NCBI RefSeq assembly: GCF_006345805.1
Contig: NC_043015.1
Span: 33,294,001 to 33,358,000, forward strand
Source of the DNA: Octopus sinensis
Taxonomy: Eukaryota
Direction of reading: 5' to 3'
DNA length: 64,000 nt
This document shows positions 14,216 through 28,745 of the stretch, piece after piece. The notes under the pieces were generated by a model. That model was not told the origin of the DNA, made no database searches, and saw nothing but the letters and a program-made list of their open reading frames with translations. The position numbers were made by a program, and so were the translations under genes. Within the stretch, counting starts at the first letter, position 1; each line of letters starts with the position of its first letter.

Positions 14216-17200
14216 TAAGCACATACTTCTATATACCCTGGCCATATTGAGGGACCATACATTCTGCCACATATTGGCCAGGTTCCCTCAAACTACCCTT
14301 TCAAGGACAAATAAAAATACTGCCATTTTTGTAAAGCAGAGAAGTGTCTCTTTCCACTTTGCCCTTTCCTGGCCTAAATTCTTTCAACAAGAAGTTCTCT
14401 TTTCATTCTGTGTGCAGTTATTCCGTGTCACAAAACAAGCAAAAGATCAGTTGCTATTGTCATTTAGCATTGTCTTTGTAACTATGCCTGTCATTTTTTG
14501 AAAATCTGTTTGTGTGGTCACAAGACATTTTGAGAAGGAGGATGTATTCACAGCTATCTCCATTGTGGCTAACACTTCCTCTAACGACGACGCAGATAGA
14601 CACATTGAACTACTAAACAAAGCAAAAAAGATTTTTTTCGAAAACATATGTACACAATAAAATGGTTAAGGATGAATCTTTTTTTTTTCTCATGTAACTG
14701 GGTGGACATTTAAATATCCTGAAGCCCTTTGTAAGTGTAAAACAAAAAAAATCAAGTAATTCAGGAAGAAATACTCCATGTACCAAGCAACAACAACACT
14801 TTCTACACTGGAACAAAACCGTAAATTTAAAAGTGAAGGGCCCACTTGATTGAAGTGACCCCAAGTATTTTGCAGCGTGAAGAGGCATAGCTAAATACGA
14901 TACAACTCTTCTACCAATCCAACCCCTTCAATATCAATAACCAGCTTCTACACAATTACTTGATTTGTTAGAAGCAGTAACCAAATTCTCCAATCATAAC
15001 CTCTACTGCAGGCATGGACAATGTTTTTCTACCACCAGCAGGTCATCAGATATTGCTCCTTGTAAATCACTCAACATCTGGATATAATTTAACCAACATT
15101 GCAAGCAGTTACAAAGTACATCATAAATTATTCTAAGTGTATCCATAAAAATATTTTGAAATCCATAATTAGTTTAATAAAACATTAGAGTAAAATGAAT
15201 TGTTTATTTTTAAAAGCATGACATACATTTTTATATTTGTCGAGGAATTAAACTGATGCTGGATCCTTATGACAATATGGCTAAAGAATTTAGTGTTGGT
15301 TCACCTTATTTCTATGTCTTCTTACAAATGGCAAAGAAGCTAATGAGGGAGTTTCAATGTGGTCACTCAACCTGCTAGAGATAGTAGCAGCAGCATCCTC
15401 ATATTACATTATTGGTTTGAAAAGAATAAAGATGTATGAGAATATAGCTAACAATACACCATGTTTGAATAAAAGACAAGGACACCAGGACTGGAATGGT
15501 CTGGTCACTTGTCTGATGGACCAGCAGTGAGTTGCAACCAAATGACCTCTACAACACAGTGCCATTAACCAATGTTGAACACACAGTTGTACCAGTGTAT
15601 ATATTTTCTCTTGTGAGGTATAAAGAGAAATCATCCCTTCTTAGTAATGCATAGTGCAACCTATTCATTGACTTATAATATAAGCAGCAGAGTGTCCCAT
15701 AGGCATGTAATCAAGAGGTGTAATAGGGTGCAAGAAGCAGTCATTTGAATTGTAGTTAAAATTCATCTGGTAGGCTAACATACGGTTTCTGGCCACCTAA
15801 TTTCATTCACAGCTTGGGTTGACCTGACACAATGGCAGAAGATATTTGTCCAGTGTGCTCTGCAGTGGAGGGAAACACAAAACCTCGTTATGGCAGGGTT
15901 GTTAGAAGACTGGATTGATTGGTTTGTGATAATTGCTCATTTTCTGCATTCAGAGTTTAAATTCTACCGTGGTCATTTTGCCCGTTTGTTTTGGGAATAA
16001 ATGCTAATCCACCACTCGAATCAAGTCTTTTCTTTCTTACACTCTTTCTGAAGGAAATTAGCTATGGTCAAGCCTGGATAAAGATGGGTTCCATCAAGTC
16101 TAAAAGTGCCAAGATACCATATGCCACAATGAACCTTTACGACTACCAAACAGCTGAGTGTCCAAGGGTTAATATATATAAGAAGAGCTTGCAAAACCTC
16201 TGAACAGCCCCTGCAGTTTCTTCATGGGGTAAAGCATCTCTGATGTCTATTTCACCTACACACACACACACACGAGATAGATAGAGAGAGAGAAAGAGAG
16301 AGATGCTCACAGTAAGCCTTAAATGCTGCAACACATGCAGTTGTTGTCTTTATGTAAGAAAGAAACTTAAGGAATTCAGGAGGAGAGCAACAAGAGTCTT
16401 AACATTGATATCTTCACTATTGACATCAACTGTTGGCGATCACAAACAGGGGCCGACACCAGTCACAGTTAATCTTAAAGGTGCTAGTTGATATATTGTA
16501 GTGACATAAAAATAAAGAGTGCAAGTCTGGTAATTTAGGAGAATCCTTTCAACTTTATGGTCTTCCTACAATTCATATATTGATGGATTGACTTCACTGA
16601 CACCTCTTAATTGCAGTGTCTTCATATTCTAGCAAAGAAAGAACAAAAAAATCTATTTTCATCTCTCTACAGACTTAAATATAGAAGTCATGGTAAGGAG
16701 ATATCAGATATTACCAGGATTATAGCAATAACTGATATATATATATAAAAATAAAATGAAATGTTATCGCTAAGCAGTGTTTAGGCATAAGCAAAACTTA
16801 GGTTAGTTAAAATATGATCATGACATATTTCATCTGCTAACAGGTAAACACACTACAGTTACCATGGTGAAAATATCTCTCTTATGGCAAAGGGTATGAA
16901 AACACGAGGTTTGTTCAGTGTCGCCATCTATCAGGAATCCCAGAGTTTATTGACTCCTATCAATAGCACTAACATTTTGTTATTTCCCTCACCTGGGCAA
17001 TCTACTACTGGAAATCAGCTAAACGTGTTGACTGAATTTTACATAAAGCTGCTGCTTTATAAGTTTGTTCAGAGTTGCCTCTCTTAGGTACATCCCATTG
17101 ACAAGAGTCAATAAGCATCAATGTCTGGGATGCTTGATAGATGGCAACACTGAACAAACGGGGTGTTTTCACACCTTTTACCATAACAGAGATACTTTCT

Positions 17201-17282
17201 CCATGGTAACTGCAGTGTATTTGCCTTTTAGCAGTTGAAATATGTCACAAACACATTTTGACGAACCTAAATTTTGCATATA

Positions 17283-17508
17283 TATCTGTAAATATAATAT
17301 GTGACAATTATTCGAAACTCCGAGTTTTATCATGGCTACCGAATAATTATCACATATTACCTGTAAATATAATTTGTGACAATTATTCGGTAGCCATGAT
17401 AAAGTTCTGAGTTTCGGATGTCAGGGCTGAAACCCATGCCGGCATTTCTACAGTTATTGGGCCATCGAGAAAAAATGCTAGCTTTGTCACATATTATATT
17501 TACAGATA
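17283..17508. repeat. Nested inverted repeat element with a degenerate hammerhead-like core
   Basis: A 25 bp perfect terminal inverted repeat (tatctgtaaatataatatgtgacaa) plus an internal ~40 bp inverted pair (17313-17353 / 17376-17416). Confidence 0.8.
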
Positions 17509-17630
17509 AATTCCTCTATTTAAACAATATCAAGGTCTTTTTCATTCTTTTGTTGTCTTGCCATTTCTATCAATATATATATATATATGAAGGAAGAAAT
17601 ATTGCCACATGTTAACCAAGTATGTGCTTG

Positions 17631-17664
<34 letters not shown>

Positions 17665-18539
17665 TGTACATGTGTGTGTGTGCCTTTGTATATTTTTTTG
17701 TATGCATACTTGGTTGCGTGTGGTCTGAAGACCCTGTGCTCCAACAAGCAAGACTGACTTGATCAAAATGAAATATACATACACACAAACACACAGTCAT
17801 ATGCACATATATACACACCAATATATATATATGAACACACATACACACTTTTATAAATGGAAACACGTATATACAAATGGTTAATATATATTCTACTATC
17901 TGCCACTCAAGACACTGATCAAATTCAACAATAGAAGGTTCCAACCCTGGAACCACAAAGCTGAAAATGAACTCATTAAGCACATGTCTATGGCTGCAAA
18001 CTCACACTCACATATGCGTGTGTACACACATATTGGAAAAATGCTGTGAGAATGTAGTCAAGGAATGCTTTGACATAATGGTTGAATAAAGTTTGCGAAA
18101 CATGATACCTAAAGTACTATCAAGTACTATAAAGTAAAATCAAATTAAGTGGTAATGGTATGTATCAGTGTGCTTGTATATTTATTAACACTAGTGTAAA
18201 CACAATCATTTAGAATATTGAAATATTTATAATCTATGGTGCAAAAGCTGTGGGTAGAAAGTTTCAATGATGTTTACAGTGAAAATAGAACAAGGTTAGT
18301 GACTGAATCTTCATAGCTGTCACCCTCTCTCGTCTCAGCTGGTGCTGTGTTAGGGCTCAACAGGTTGAATCATATTCTAAACTAGAATATAAATAACCAC
18401 CATTCTTTTGATGATATCTTTACTTTCAGTTCATGTTATAAATACACACACACACGTTAACAAATGTAAACTATGAGTGCACAAGCAGACTGACAGAGAT
18501 GAATGATTTTGCATATAGCAGATGAAATAGAGTAGCAGT

Positions 18540-19075
18540 TCCACCCACTGTTGGAATGAATCTTTTCAAATCTTCACAAGTTGACAGCTTTCACTATCTT
18601 GGGGACCTACCAAGCAGTGGAATCAAATGATCCAAAAGCAAAGCAGCCAGTATAGGAAGAAAACATCCAAGGGATCTATAACATCAGATAGGCAATGAGG
18701 GTACACTTTCTTTGAAAGAATGAGCAAATTGTATGGTATTTATGTACAAAGTACAATGTTGCATGGTAGTAGAACACAAACACTGGCTGTAGAAGATATG
18801 TGAAGGCTGGAAAGAAATCAAACAAACGTAATCTGCTGGTTGTGATGTGTTGTGATATGCATGAATGTCAAATGACAGATGAGCTGTGAGACTGGATACA
18901 AGAGGAACCAGATGATGTGTGCACAAAGAAGGCCACGTTTTGTCCTCCACACCAGTACGAGTAGCACAAGAACCAACAAATAGTCCACACTACAAGCTAT
19001 ACACAACAAAGTATCTCTACCGATGTGTGTGTGCAAAGTGATGCAGACCATGACAATCCATGATGTAAAATGATG
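18540..19075 (+). mobile_element. Degenerate RTE-like LINE fragment
   Basis: Resembles the RTE 3' fragments at 26740-27520 and 1-240; heavily decayed. Confidence 0.45.
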
Positions 19076-19191
19076 ACATATACAAATACATTCACATATA
19101 CACATAAATACATACACACACACACACACACACACACAGATACACATATTGTTGGGCTTAATGTTTTAATAAAACATAATACACATAGATG

Positions 19192-19231
<40 letters not shown>

Positions 19232-20715
19232 TCTTACATCTGTTTTATTAATGAGCACTCCAGTTGCTTCATTAACTAAATTACCTACTTAATGAATTAT
19301 TGTGTCTGAGTATTCCACAGACATATATACTCTAAATGTAATTCTTAAGTAGAATGAGTGCAGTAAGGTTGGATCTTTGAAATACAAGCACAAGCCATCT
19401 GAGGGTTTCTATGGTTTCATACTACTTAATTTCACTGGTAACCCATAGTAACAGATATTTGAACAAGATGCGATGCAGTGGGCACAGGATCTGGAACCAG
19501 ACCACATGATTGCAAAGCAAACCTCATAACAACTCAACCATACCAGTGTCCAAGACACATACATATGTACACCTCTCTTTCTCTCTCTCTCAAGCAATCA
19601 CACATATATTGCGTAAGCAGGTAATTTACTCCAGTATCTTAAAACTGTAAAGGTTATACCAACCAAAGAATTATTCAATTGTGAAACTTGAAATAATCAA
19701 ATTTACATCACATGATGGAGGGGGTGGGGAATTGAATGTTTTTTATTTGGTGTGGTGGTGGTGGTGGGAGTGTTCCATTTTAAAAATATTTCTGATTATT
19801 AAGCAGTTTTAAAATAACTTTTGTAGAGTATGGAGTAACCGAGATACTTTAGACAGCCATGAAATAACAGAATGTCACTTTTTATAAATAATTTAGATGA
19901 ATGTTATGAAATAACAAGCAGTTGCATTTTATAAATAAGGTAAATGAATGCTACAAAGCAGAAAATATTTTCCTTAATTTCCTCCTAATTTCCACAGATA
20001 ACGATGGCAACATCGGAACATAGACATTAGACAGCAAGTGATGATGAATAATGTTTGGTAGCAGACGAGGGAAGAACTGAAGAGTTTAGAGAAGACATAA
20101 ATAAAATGTAAATAAAAACAAATAAAATGCAGTATCCGTAGCAATTGAGAAAGGAGGAGGAAGAGGAGGAGAAGGTTACAAATAATTAGACATGGAAATT
20201 ATCTGGAATTTTTGTTAAGTTAGAAGGAATTTAATTTGTGAATGATTCATAGGAAGGAGTTGTGTAAGGAAGAGGTCGACGAATTAATGGGTTTCAGAGA
20301 ATAAACAGAAAAAACAAAAAAAAACAAGGGCTGAGAAAATTGCAAAAAATTTCATGAACAATTTGGTAAATAGGAAAAGAGAAGATTAAATAGAATTGGT
20401 GCCTATTTCAAAATGAGGAGAAAAAAGGGAAAACATGAAATTCAAAAAATTTAATTGGCATGATATGCAGAGAAAGGAAGGAAGAATATGATGTCTGAGT
20501 CAGGTACTAACCAAAGAAATCTTTAGATTCTAGTTGAAAGCTAAAATTAGTTTAATTATTGATCTGAGGTTCATAACATGAACTTATGCTGCTGCTGCTG
20601 CTGTTGTTATATATATGGATAGAAAAAAACAATGGTGTATGTCATTTAGTACCAAGAGTTCTCAATCCTTCTGTTCTTTGTCACTAACATCACTATAGTT
20701 TCCTCCATCCATATT

Positions 20716-21120
20716 CACTGTGGGTGCCTCTCTACGCAACCAAATCTCAAACAACATCTGAAAACAATACCAGCGACAAGAGACCATTGAAGACGAACTC
20801 CAGTAGTTCTGGCTCCAGTGGTTCGGCCACATCTGCAGGGTGAGCGCTGGAGGACTACCACACCAATTTTTAATGGCGGCAGCAACTGATGCATTGGAGA
20901 ATCAAGCGCAAGGGCACCAAAGAAGACATGGGTGAAATAACAATTGAGAAAGATCTGAAGTTGCAGCACCTTGACCTCAAGCATGCTAAGGTCAGCGCCA
21001 TGGATGAGAAAGTGTGGAGCAACGTCACCAGAGTCCGTCATCCAGAGGCAGTGTATTGGTTGAGAGAACAGAATCTCCCTCCAGTTGCCAGCTAGGGATT
21101 TAAGAAGAAGCTTCTCAACA
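20716..21120 (+). mobile_element. RTE-clade LINE 3' fragment
   Basis: tggctccagtggttcggccacatctgcagg = WLQWFGHICR, followed by a KRKG.PKKTW-like motif with frameshifts. Confidence 0.7.
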
Positions 21121-22689
21121 TTAACACTCAAACTTCACAGGTTTTTTTTAATCTGACATATTTCTTAGATCACTTTAAATGCCATCTTTATCCAACCAAA
21201 GTCAGCATGGAAAATGATGTTAAATGGTGATGACAATGCAACGGTCATATTCAAAAGTAGTCAATTTGTTTTGACCAAATTCATTAAAAGAGACTCGTTT
21301 GACATCTCACTATTCTGTGTTCAAACTCTGCTAGATCTCTAGGCTGTTCTTTATACCACACCCTCCCCACCTCTACCAGTAATAATCCTTTCTACAAGAG
21401 GCACAAGGCCTGAAATTTTGTAGGAGAGGGTTAGTTGATTATATTGACCACAGTGGTCAAATGGTACTTAATTTATTGACCTCAAAAGGAGGAGGGGCAA
21501 ATCAAACTCAGTAAAATTTGACCTTAGAACGTAAAGCCAGATGAAATATCACTAAACATTTTGCCTGGCAGTGCTAACGATTCTGTCAGCTCTAATAATA
21601 ATGATAATAATATAAAGTATAAACTCACAACTACCCACTCCCTCCTTATAATTCAGAGTCTTTGCGACCATCTAAGAACAATCAGTTCATGTTTCAAGTG
21701 TGGTTCTTGTTAGAGTTTTATAATTTATAGCTCTTCTGTAAGTTGGGCAATGAGATTTCCAGCTGAAGCCAATGCGTTTTATTAATGATGCTGATAAATC
21801 TTGTCCTATTTAGACTTTATTACAAAAGCAGCAAATCCGCTCAGTATATTTTCAAAACACAACAGATTCTATCTTTATTTGAACGTACAAACTCCACAGG
21901 ACTAAATGTATAACATAGATCACCATCACTGAATTACTCACACCGACAAATATTTGAAAGGGAAAGGACTCAATATGATACATTTTCCTATTTTGCCACC
22001 CAGCTCATAAATTAGAAGTTGTATCCGAATGGCCTATATAAAACCCTTCGTTATTAGTCAGAATACAATGGTATCGGACTTCATAGAAATTGAAATGACA
22101 TAAACTATTTCCCTTTTAATATACAAATATAAGTATAACAACCACATTCACCTGCACCTCCTTACAAACTGAATTTCTACTCTAATTAACTGCCGACCCT
22201 AATTATAATAACATTCAGCAAGTAAACATATCACAATAAAGAGTTATCAAATGCTTCACATGTCACCAACTTAATAGGCAGCTCATTATGAAGTGATATT
22301 CATTCATTCTTTCATCTGTTTTACATCTGTTTTTCCATGCAAGCATGGGTTAGACTAATACTATTGAGGTTTCTGCCTTACAGCTGGATGCCCTTCTTGT
22401 TGCTAGCACTTGTTTCTACTTGCCTTTGAAACACATAGCTACTAGAGAATTTGATCAACAGGAAAATGTCAAGAAACATCACCATCCAGATTTCAGCACA
22501 GAATGTAAACACTCACACAGACACAAATGCATATACATGTGCACAAGAGGCTTTTGTATAGTGTCCTGCCTACCAAATGTGCTTATAAGGCATTGGTCAG
22601 CCCAGGGTTGTAGCAGAAGACACTCACTCATTGTGCCATACAATGAGACTGAATCTGAAATGAGCAGCTGTAAAGCAAAATTCATTGTG

Positions 22690-22731
<42 letters not shown>

Positions 22732-23999
22732 CGTGTGCGCATGTTCTGTAGCTGTATGGTAAATGCAAACAACAATGGTTATTTCAACAATTTAGATGTT
22801 CCAGAAACTAAAAGAATCACACTATTCTATTTTGTTGGCTGTAAAAACCATCCTGTTGCTATTAATTAAGCCTCTCCTGTAAATATTGACAGTAGTAGTA
22901 ATAGTAGTCGTTGCCATCATAGTAGCAGTGGTAGTAGTAGTAGTAGTATGATCTCAGGTGGTATTTGATAAGCTAAATGGCAAGTAAGCCATTTTAACAT
23001 CCTGAAGACTCACATATTTACCGTGGAAATAGTGGTAGAAGGAATAAGACTGTAATATTCAAGATCTTCCTTGATATATTGAACTCTAAACAAACCCACG
23101 AGACAGCACCTATAAGGTTGCCCAATCAACTAGAAAGAGCATCTTGATCACACCCTGCTATTTTAGAAAAAAACTATACAATTAGATAACAAAGCAAAGA
23201 TTATCTATCATAGCACAAAAATACAAGGTAGGTTTAGTTGGAATATCTAGTTGATCAGGACCAACTAAATAGTTAAGTTTTAAAAGAAAGAAGGCCACAG
23301 TTGTATTTGAATCTGCAAACATCATGAAAGAGAATGTGCAGTATCATATACGAATCAGGTGACACCATCACATTATATCTCTGAATAAGTGAATTACCAA
23401 TCCTAGCAAATATATTTGATATTAATCAAATATTTGCTGGGATTGGCAATGCATCCAATGTAGGTTATGCTGGAAAAGGACACTTGCCCTTCATAATCAA
23501 AGAACCGTGATATCTGTGCAGTTCTTTGATTGGACTTAGGTGGCTGCTGTTCCCATTATTTGAGAACAGTGGGGTTCCTTGGTTAGGCTTAAACATTTAC
23601 CAATCTCCCACCATTGAAATGATTTCATTTCACTCAATGTTCTTTATGCTTTTTTTCTTTTCAAATCGTATGATGATGATGATGATGATGATAACCTCCC
23701 CAACAGCTTTTGTAATTTGTCCAGGTGAAGTTTTCCCTTTGATGCCCTTGTGGCAGTAATAATATAACTGAATAAGACTATGATTGAATTTGTAGACAAC
23801 TGAAAAAAGCTCAACAGCATTTAGTTATGATCCTTTACAATTTTGAGTTGAAAACCAACTGGATTCAACTTTGTTTCCATCCTACTGCACCAGAAGAGTA
23901 TTCCTGGCAACATACAAGTTATGTTTAAATTAGATATTCAATTAAATTCACAATGCATGTCCCTTAAGAATGTGTGGCTTTGAAATCATCATTATTACT

Positions 24000-24715
24000 A
24001 TCAGAGGTTGATTGATTGTTAGTGCATCAGGTAAAAATGCAGTATTTCTTTTAGCTCTTTAAGTTCTGAGTTCAAGTCCGGCCAAAGCCAACTTTGTCTT
24101 TCATCCTTCTGGGGCAAAAAAAACAAAGTAGATGTCAAGTACTGAGGTTGATGCAATCAACCAATCCTGTCCTGGAAAACTGCAGGTCTTGCATCTAAAT
24201 CAGAAATTATTGTTATTATCATTATTTTCATTATCACCATCTTTCAATTCTGTTTCCATTTCTTGGCGAGGGTCTTCCTGACACCTAGGGCAGAAAGAGT
24301 GCCAAGCAGACAGAATCATTGCTTTGGTGGAAAAAAATGAGTAGCAGCATTTCTTCTGACTTTATATTCTGAGTTCAAATGTTACTGAGGTTGACTTTGC
24401 CTTTCATTCCTTCAGGGTCGATAAAATAAGTACCAGTTGAGCACTGGAGTCTATGTATTTGACTCACTCCCTCTCCCAAAATTTGAAACCATTATTAAGG
24501 TGGTGAGCTGTCAGAATTGTTAGCACACTGGGCAAAATGCTTAGTAATATTTCATCCGTCTTTACGTTCTGAGTTCAAATCCCACAGAGGCTAACTTTGC
24601 TTTTCATAGCTCCAAGGTCAATGTCAATAAAATCAAGTAAAAAGTACTGGGGAGTGGATATAATCCTGCCCTTAAATTTTAGGACCTGTACCTAAATTAG
24701 AAACAATTATTACTA
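24000..24715 (+). mobile_element. Cluster of three plus-strand SINE copies
   Basis: Repeated tctgagttcaa...actttgcctttcat...aagtac cores at ~24065, ~24368 and ~24568. Confidence 0.8.
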
Positions 24716-25009
24716 CTAAAAGCACCAACAACCTTTATACTTGTTTCAACAACAGTTAGCTAATACAATTATGTTATTTTAAACGTAGAGCGTGTGCATG
24801 TATGCACACAGCATCCATTCATACTTTCATAACTCAAATCAGTTCCCAGATAGTATTTATCCATTCTCCACCCCATCCAATTACCATGGACAACTATAAT
24901 ATTACAAAAGACCCCCACCTTATCAGTTCATTGAAAGTAATAATAGCAACCAAATCCAAGATAAGTTAACTGACACTGTGGTGAGAGAGAAGAGATGAGG
25001 AGTTAGCAA

Positions 25010-25045
<36 letters not shown>

Positions 25046-25917
25046 AAAGGTTAACAGACAGAGAAGGGAATAACAACAGGTCAACACTGGGGAAACATCC
25101 CTTTGTTATACTGCTTAATTTTTGATATCAGAGAAAATATGAGACAGGGAAAGTGAAAGAGAAAGACAGAAGTAGAGAAACAGATGGAGAGATAAAGAGA
25201 AAGAGAGAGTAATTATTATGGATCACATTTAAAGACGACAACAGCAGCAGTGAAGATGATGAAAACCGATTCTTCTAAAACTCTAACTAGGAAGCTTCTA
25301 TGTAGCTACTTCATTTGACAGAAATAGCAGCAATATCTTCCTCAAATCATACCCAATCATCTTCTAAAAGCAAAAATATACAGTGCATATAAAACTACAT
25401 TCTTTTATGTAAGAATTTCAGAGGAATAAGCAAGGCTGAGTCGTGTCATTGGTTCAATCAGGGCTGAACAGGGGCCAAATGACAACAACAATTCTAAGTG
25501 AAATAGAAAGACCGAAAGGTAACAAATGGATTTTATAGACAGCTGACATTACATAAGGCAACTGCTTCGACATAACCTTAGCTGTAATGTCTGAAGCCAG
25601 CTAATCACTACCAAGTGTGTGTGTGTGTGTGTGTGTGTGCACGTGCGTGCGTGCATGTGACCTTAACTGGATCAGAGCAAATTGGGCAATTACAGTGGAG
25701 ATGTGTGTGTGTGTAGTTGGATAGAATGGAGGCTAGATTTACTTCAGTCAGCAATAGACTCTTTAAATAGAAAACAGTAAATGAGGTAAGAGACTCGAAG
25801 GTAGAGCAAGCAACTGTAACTACTAACGCAAGTTAAATGTGGTGCTGGTGGTGGTAGTAGTAGTAGTAGTAATAGAGTGAAGATTTAGTTTCTCTAAGAA
25901 TTAGTAGCTAGCTAACA

Positions 25918-25949
<32 letters not shown>

Positions 25950-26739
25950 ATGAACTGTTGTGGAGACACACACACACAACATAGCTCACTTATCTGTATA
26001 TATATATATATATATACATATATATATGCACAGATACACACATGGAAGAAACGCATAGGTACAAACATAGAAACACAGTTATGCATGTGCGCACACACAC
26101 ACACATACATACAACAGTGCTAACATGCCATCTTCAAGAAAGTGTGATGACATATCTGCTGTTTGCATAAAGAGGCAACAGGTTGTAGTACTTCCCTCTC
26201 CATTACCGCAATACAAAATGAACTTTGGACATCTTTTTCAACTGATCAACAACTCTCCTTTAGCCGTGTCTTTGCACCACATTCTGAACACTAAAGTAAT
26301 CTATCATGTGACATATACTCTTTAGTCTTGGTACTTCAAATTCACCAAATGTATTATGAAATCCAAACTATTCTTTCAGACAGACACCCACGCTCTCTCT
26401 CTCTCCTTCCCTCTCTTTGTATCTCTTACACTTTCCAATCACTTAGTAACTAAACTCTCCCACACTGCCTGAAGTGAAACTGAACCAACTTCCTGTTTAC
26501 ATTGTTAAAAAGTGAAATTCAGAAAAATGAAACTTAGATAATTGATACTTTTGCATTGGTGTGATGTGACAGAGGAGCGACTAGCACAGTGTGGTAAGAG
26601 TTAACCACTAGTTTAGCCTTTAGAAAAAAGAAAAAAAACCACACACAGGTACAGATTAAATTATTTCAATACGAAAAAGATATAAAGGCGGTGCTCCAGT
26701 ATGGCCGCAGTCAGATGACTGAAACAAGTAAAAGAATAA

Positions 26740-27520
26740 AAGAGCAGAATGGCAGAAACAGGGATATGTTAGGAGTAAGAGAACCCATGGAATAAATATC
26801 TCTGCTAGCAAACAAAGAGATTCTCCCTACAATCACAAGGGAGACTATGATGCACGTATATGAAGGGCAACGTTGAAAACATGGGCCTTGAATACAGACG
26901 AGGTGCAAGGATACAGCAGATCAAACAGATTCCAGGACTTGTATTACTTAATGAAATTGGTAAAAAGAGTACAGTGAACTTGCTGTGGAGAGTGAGAAAG
27001 GCCAAATGTGGTGTAGTACGACTCTCAGTTGAGGCATTTGAAGTTGGGTATAGTGAAACAGATGAGTTTGCAGGATTTTGTGGTACATATATGATCAAAC
27101 AGACTCCAAAGAAAGTAGAGTTGGTTGGCATTGACAAGACCTTCCACTGCCCTCAGCAAGTTCCTTGTTCTCTTTCTACTGATATTACTAAATGAATGAT
27201 GATAAGTGTACTTGAACAACTGAATACAAATAAAAGAATCGGATACAGTGCAGAATAAAGTAGACTGCAGAGGTAGAGATATATGATGAGTGTGGATGAT
27301 GGGTAAAGAAGTGCTAAGTGATAGGGTCCCAAGTGGAAGGAACCTGTTGGGAAAAAAAGACTGAGGAACACATGGTAAGAAGTAGCGAAGGCTGACCTTA
27401 AAGAACTGAATCACAAGAAGGAGATGAGAAATGAGCACAATCGGTGAGAAGATGCTGCACTGGAGAAGACTCATTAATGCAAGCAGAGGAAACCAAACAG
27501 AGAAAGAGAGGATGTAAAGA
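26740..27520 (+). mobile_element. Degenerate RTE-like LINE 3' fragment
   Basis: Remnants resembling RKAKCGVVRL and a decayed G...GK..KTW motif, with multiple stops and frameshifts. Confidence 0.55.
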
Positions 27521-27904
27521 AAGGCCCCACCCAAAATACATCTCACCTCCTCATATGCTACAAACTTATTTTCTCAGATTTCCTAACTCTCATTTTTTCA
27601 AACACAGACCATCACTCTTTCTCAGTATTGTTGTTGTTCTTGCCTTTATCTCTCATCGATATATTTTCTACCTGCCTTTTTTAGCCTTTCCCCTTCTTCC
27701 AGTGCCCTTCTCCCAATTATTTTTATTTCTACACACTCTCATTCTCTATTTTTCTGCTTTTCTTTCTGAAAAAGGACAAAGTTCCAAAATGCCAAAATAC
27801 TTCATACTCATTTGAAGTACTCATCTTAAGTGGTGATCAGATATATCGCATTCATGCTTTGTTTCCGGGGGGCGGGAGGGGGGTCTTTTTCAACTGTTTT
27901 GACA

Positions 27905-28745
27905 CATGAGGGTAATACTGAAAGTAATATAAAAGTGGGCAGAATGTTTTCATAAACTGACCATAGACCATTCAAATTTCACATGTCGGTAGAGTAACTC
28001 TTCTTTTGTGTTCAACATGGTCTTCATTACAAGCCATGCCTTTTATGTCATCTTTGAGCCCAATTCATGAATCCTCTTTGAAAAAATTCAAAGCGTGCAT
28101 TCTTGAACCCAATTCTTCACAGCAGCTTTCACATTGTCTATGGTCATCAAATTATCTTCAAAGACCATCCTTCATTGCACAAAACAGGTAGAAGTTGGAG
28201 GACACCAAATCAAGGCTTATATACGATGGATCCACTGACCAGCTTCATTGATCAGTTACTGGATTTCTTGCCAAAGACATGTGTGTGTTCACATATTGTC
28301 ATGGTGAATGTGGATCATTTTCAGGTTTTTGTTCAGACTCTTCCTCCTATTGGTTTGTCTAAGCTTTTCGAGTTACAGCACAGCGATGTTCCAGAAAATC
28401 AAAGAGAATAATGCCCTTATCAACCCCCAAAACAGTCATCATGATTTTCTGTGCTAATCACAGGCTTTGGAGAACAGGAGTGATTCCATTCCATGGACTA
28501 AACCTTTATTTCCAAATAATAAACATAAGCCCACTTTTTCGTCTCATTGCCTGTCATTATTGGCTTTAGATATTTCCAGCAGATCAGAGCAGACAGATTT
28601 CTACCCTTCTCTCCTTCAAATCTGGTGTCCACTGCCAAGATACCCACTTTGCACATACTTTCCAATGCCCAAAGTCTTCGGGTGATGCACTGTGATCACA
28701 GTTCAGTCGTGCAGCAACTCATCTGTCTGTGCAAATCAATTTGCC
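27905..28745 (-). mobile_element. Degenerate mariner transposon
   Basis: Minus-strand remnant of the P.YSPDLAP motif near 28200-28232 (ccatcgtatataagccttgatttggtgtcc) and a TIR-like tgagggtaatactgaaagtaat at ~27907. Confidence 0.55.

Noticed and set aside
22146-22200. CAG|gtgaat donor
   Set aside because: No ATG between the in-frame stop and the donor in phase 2.
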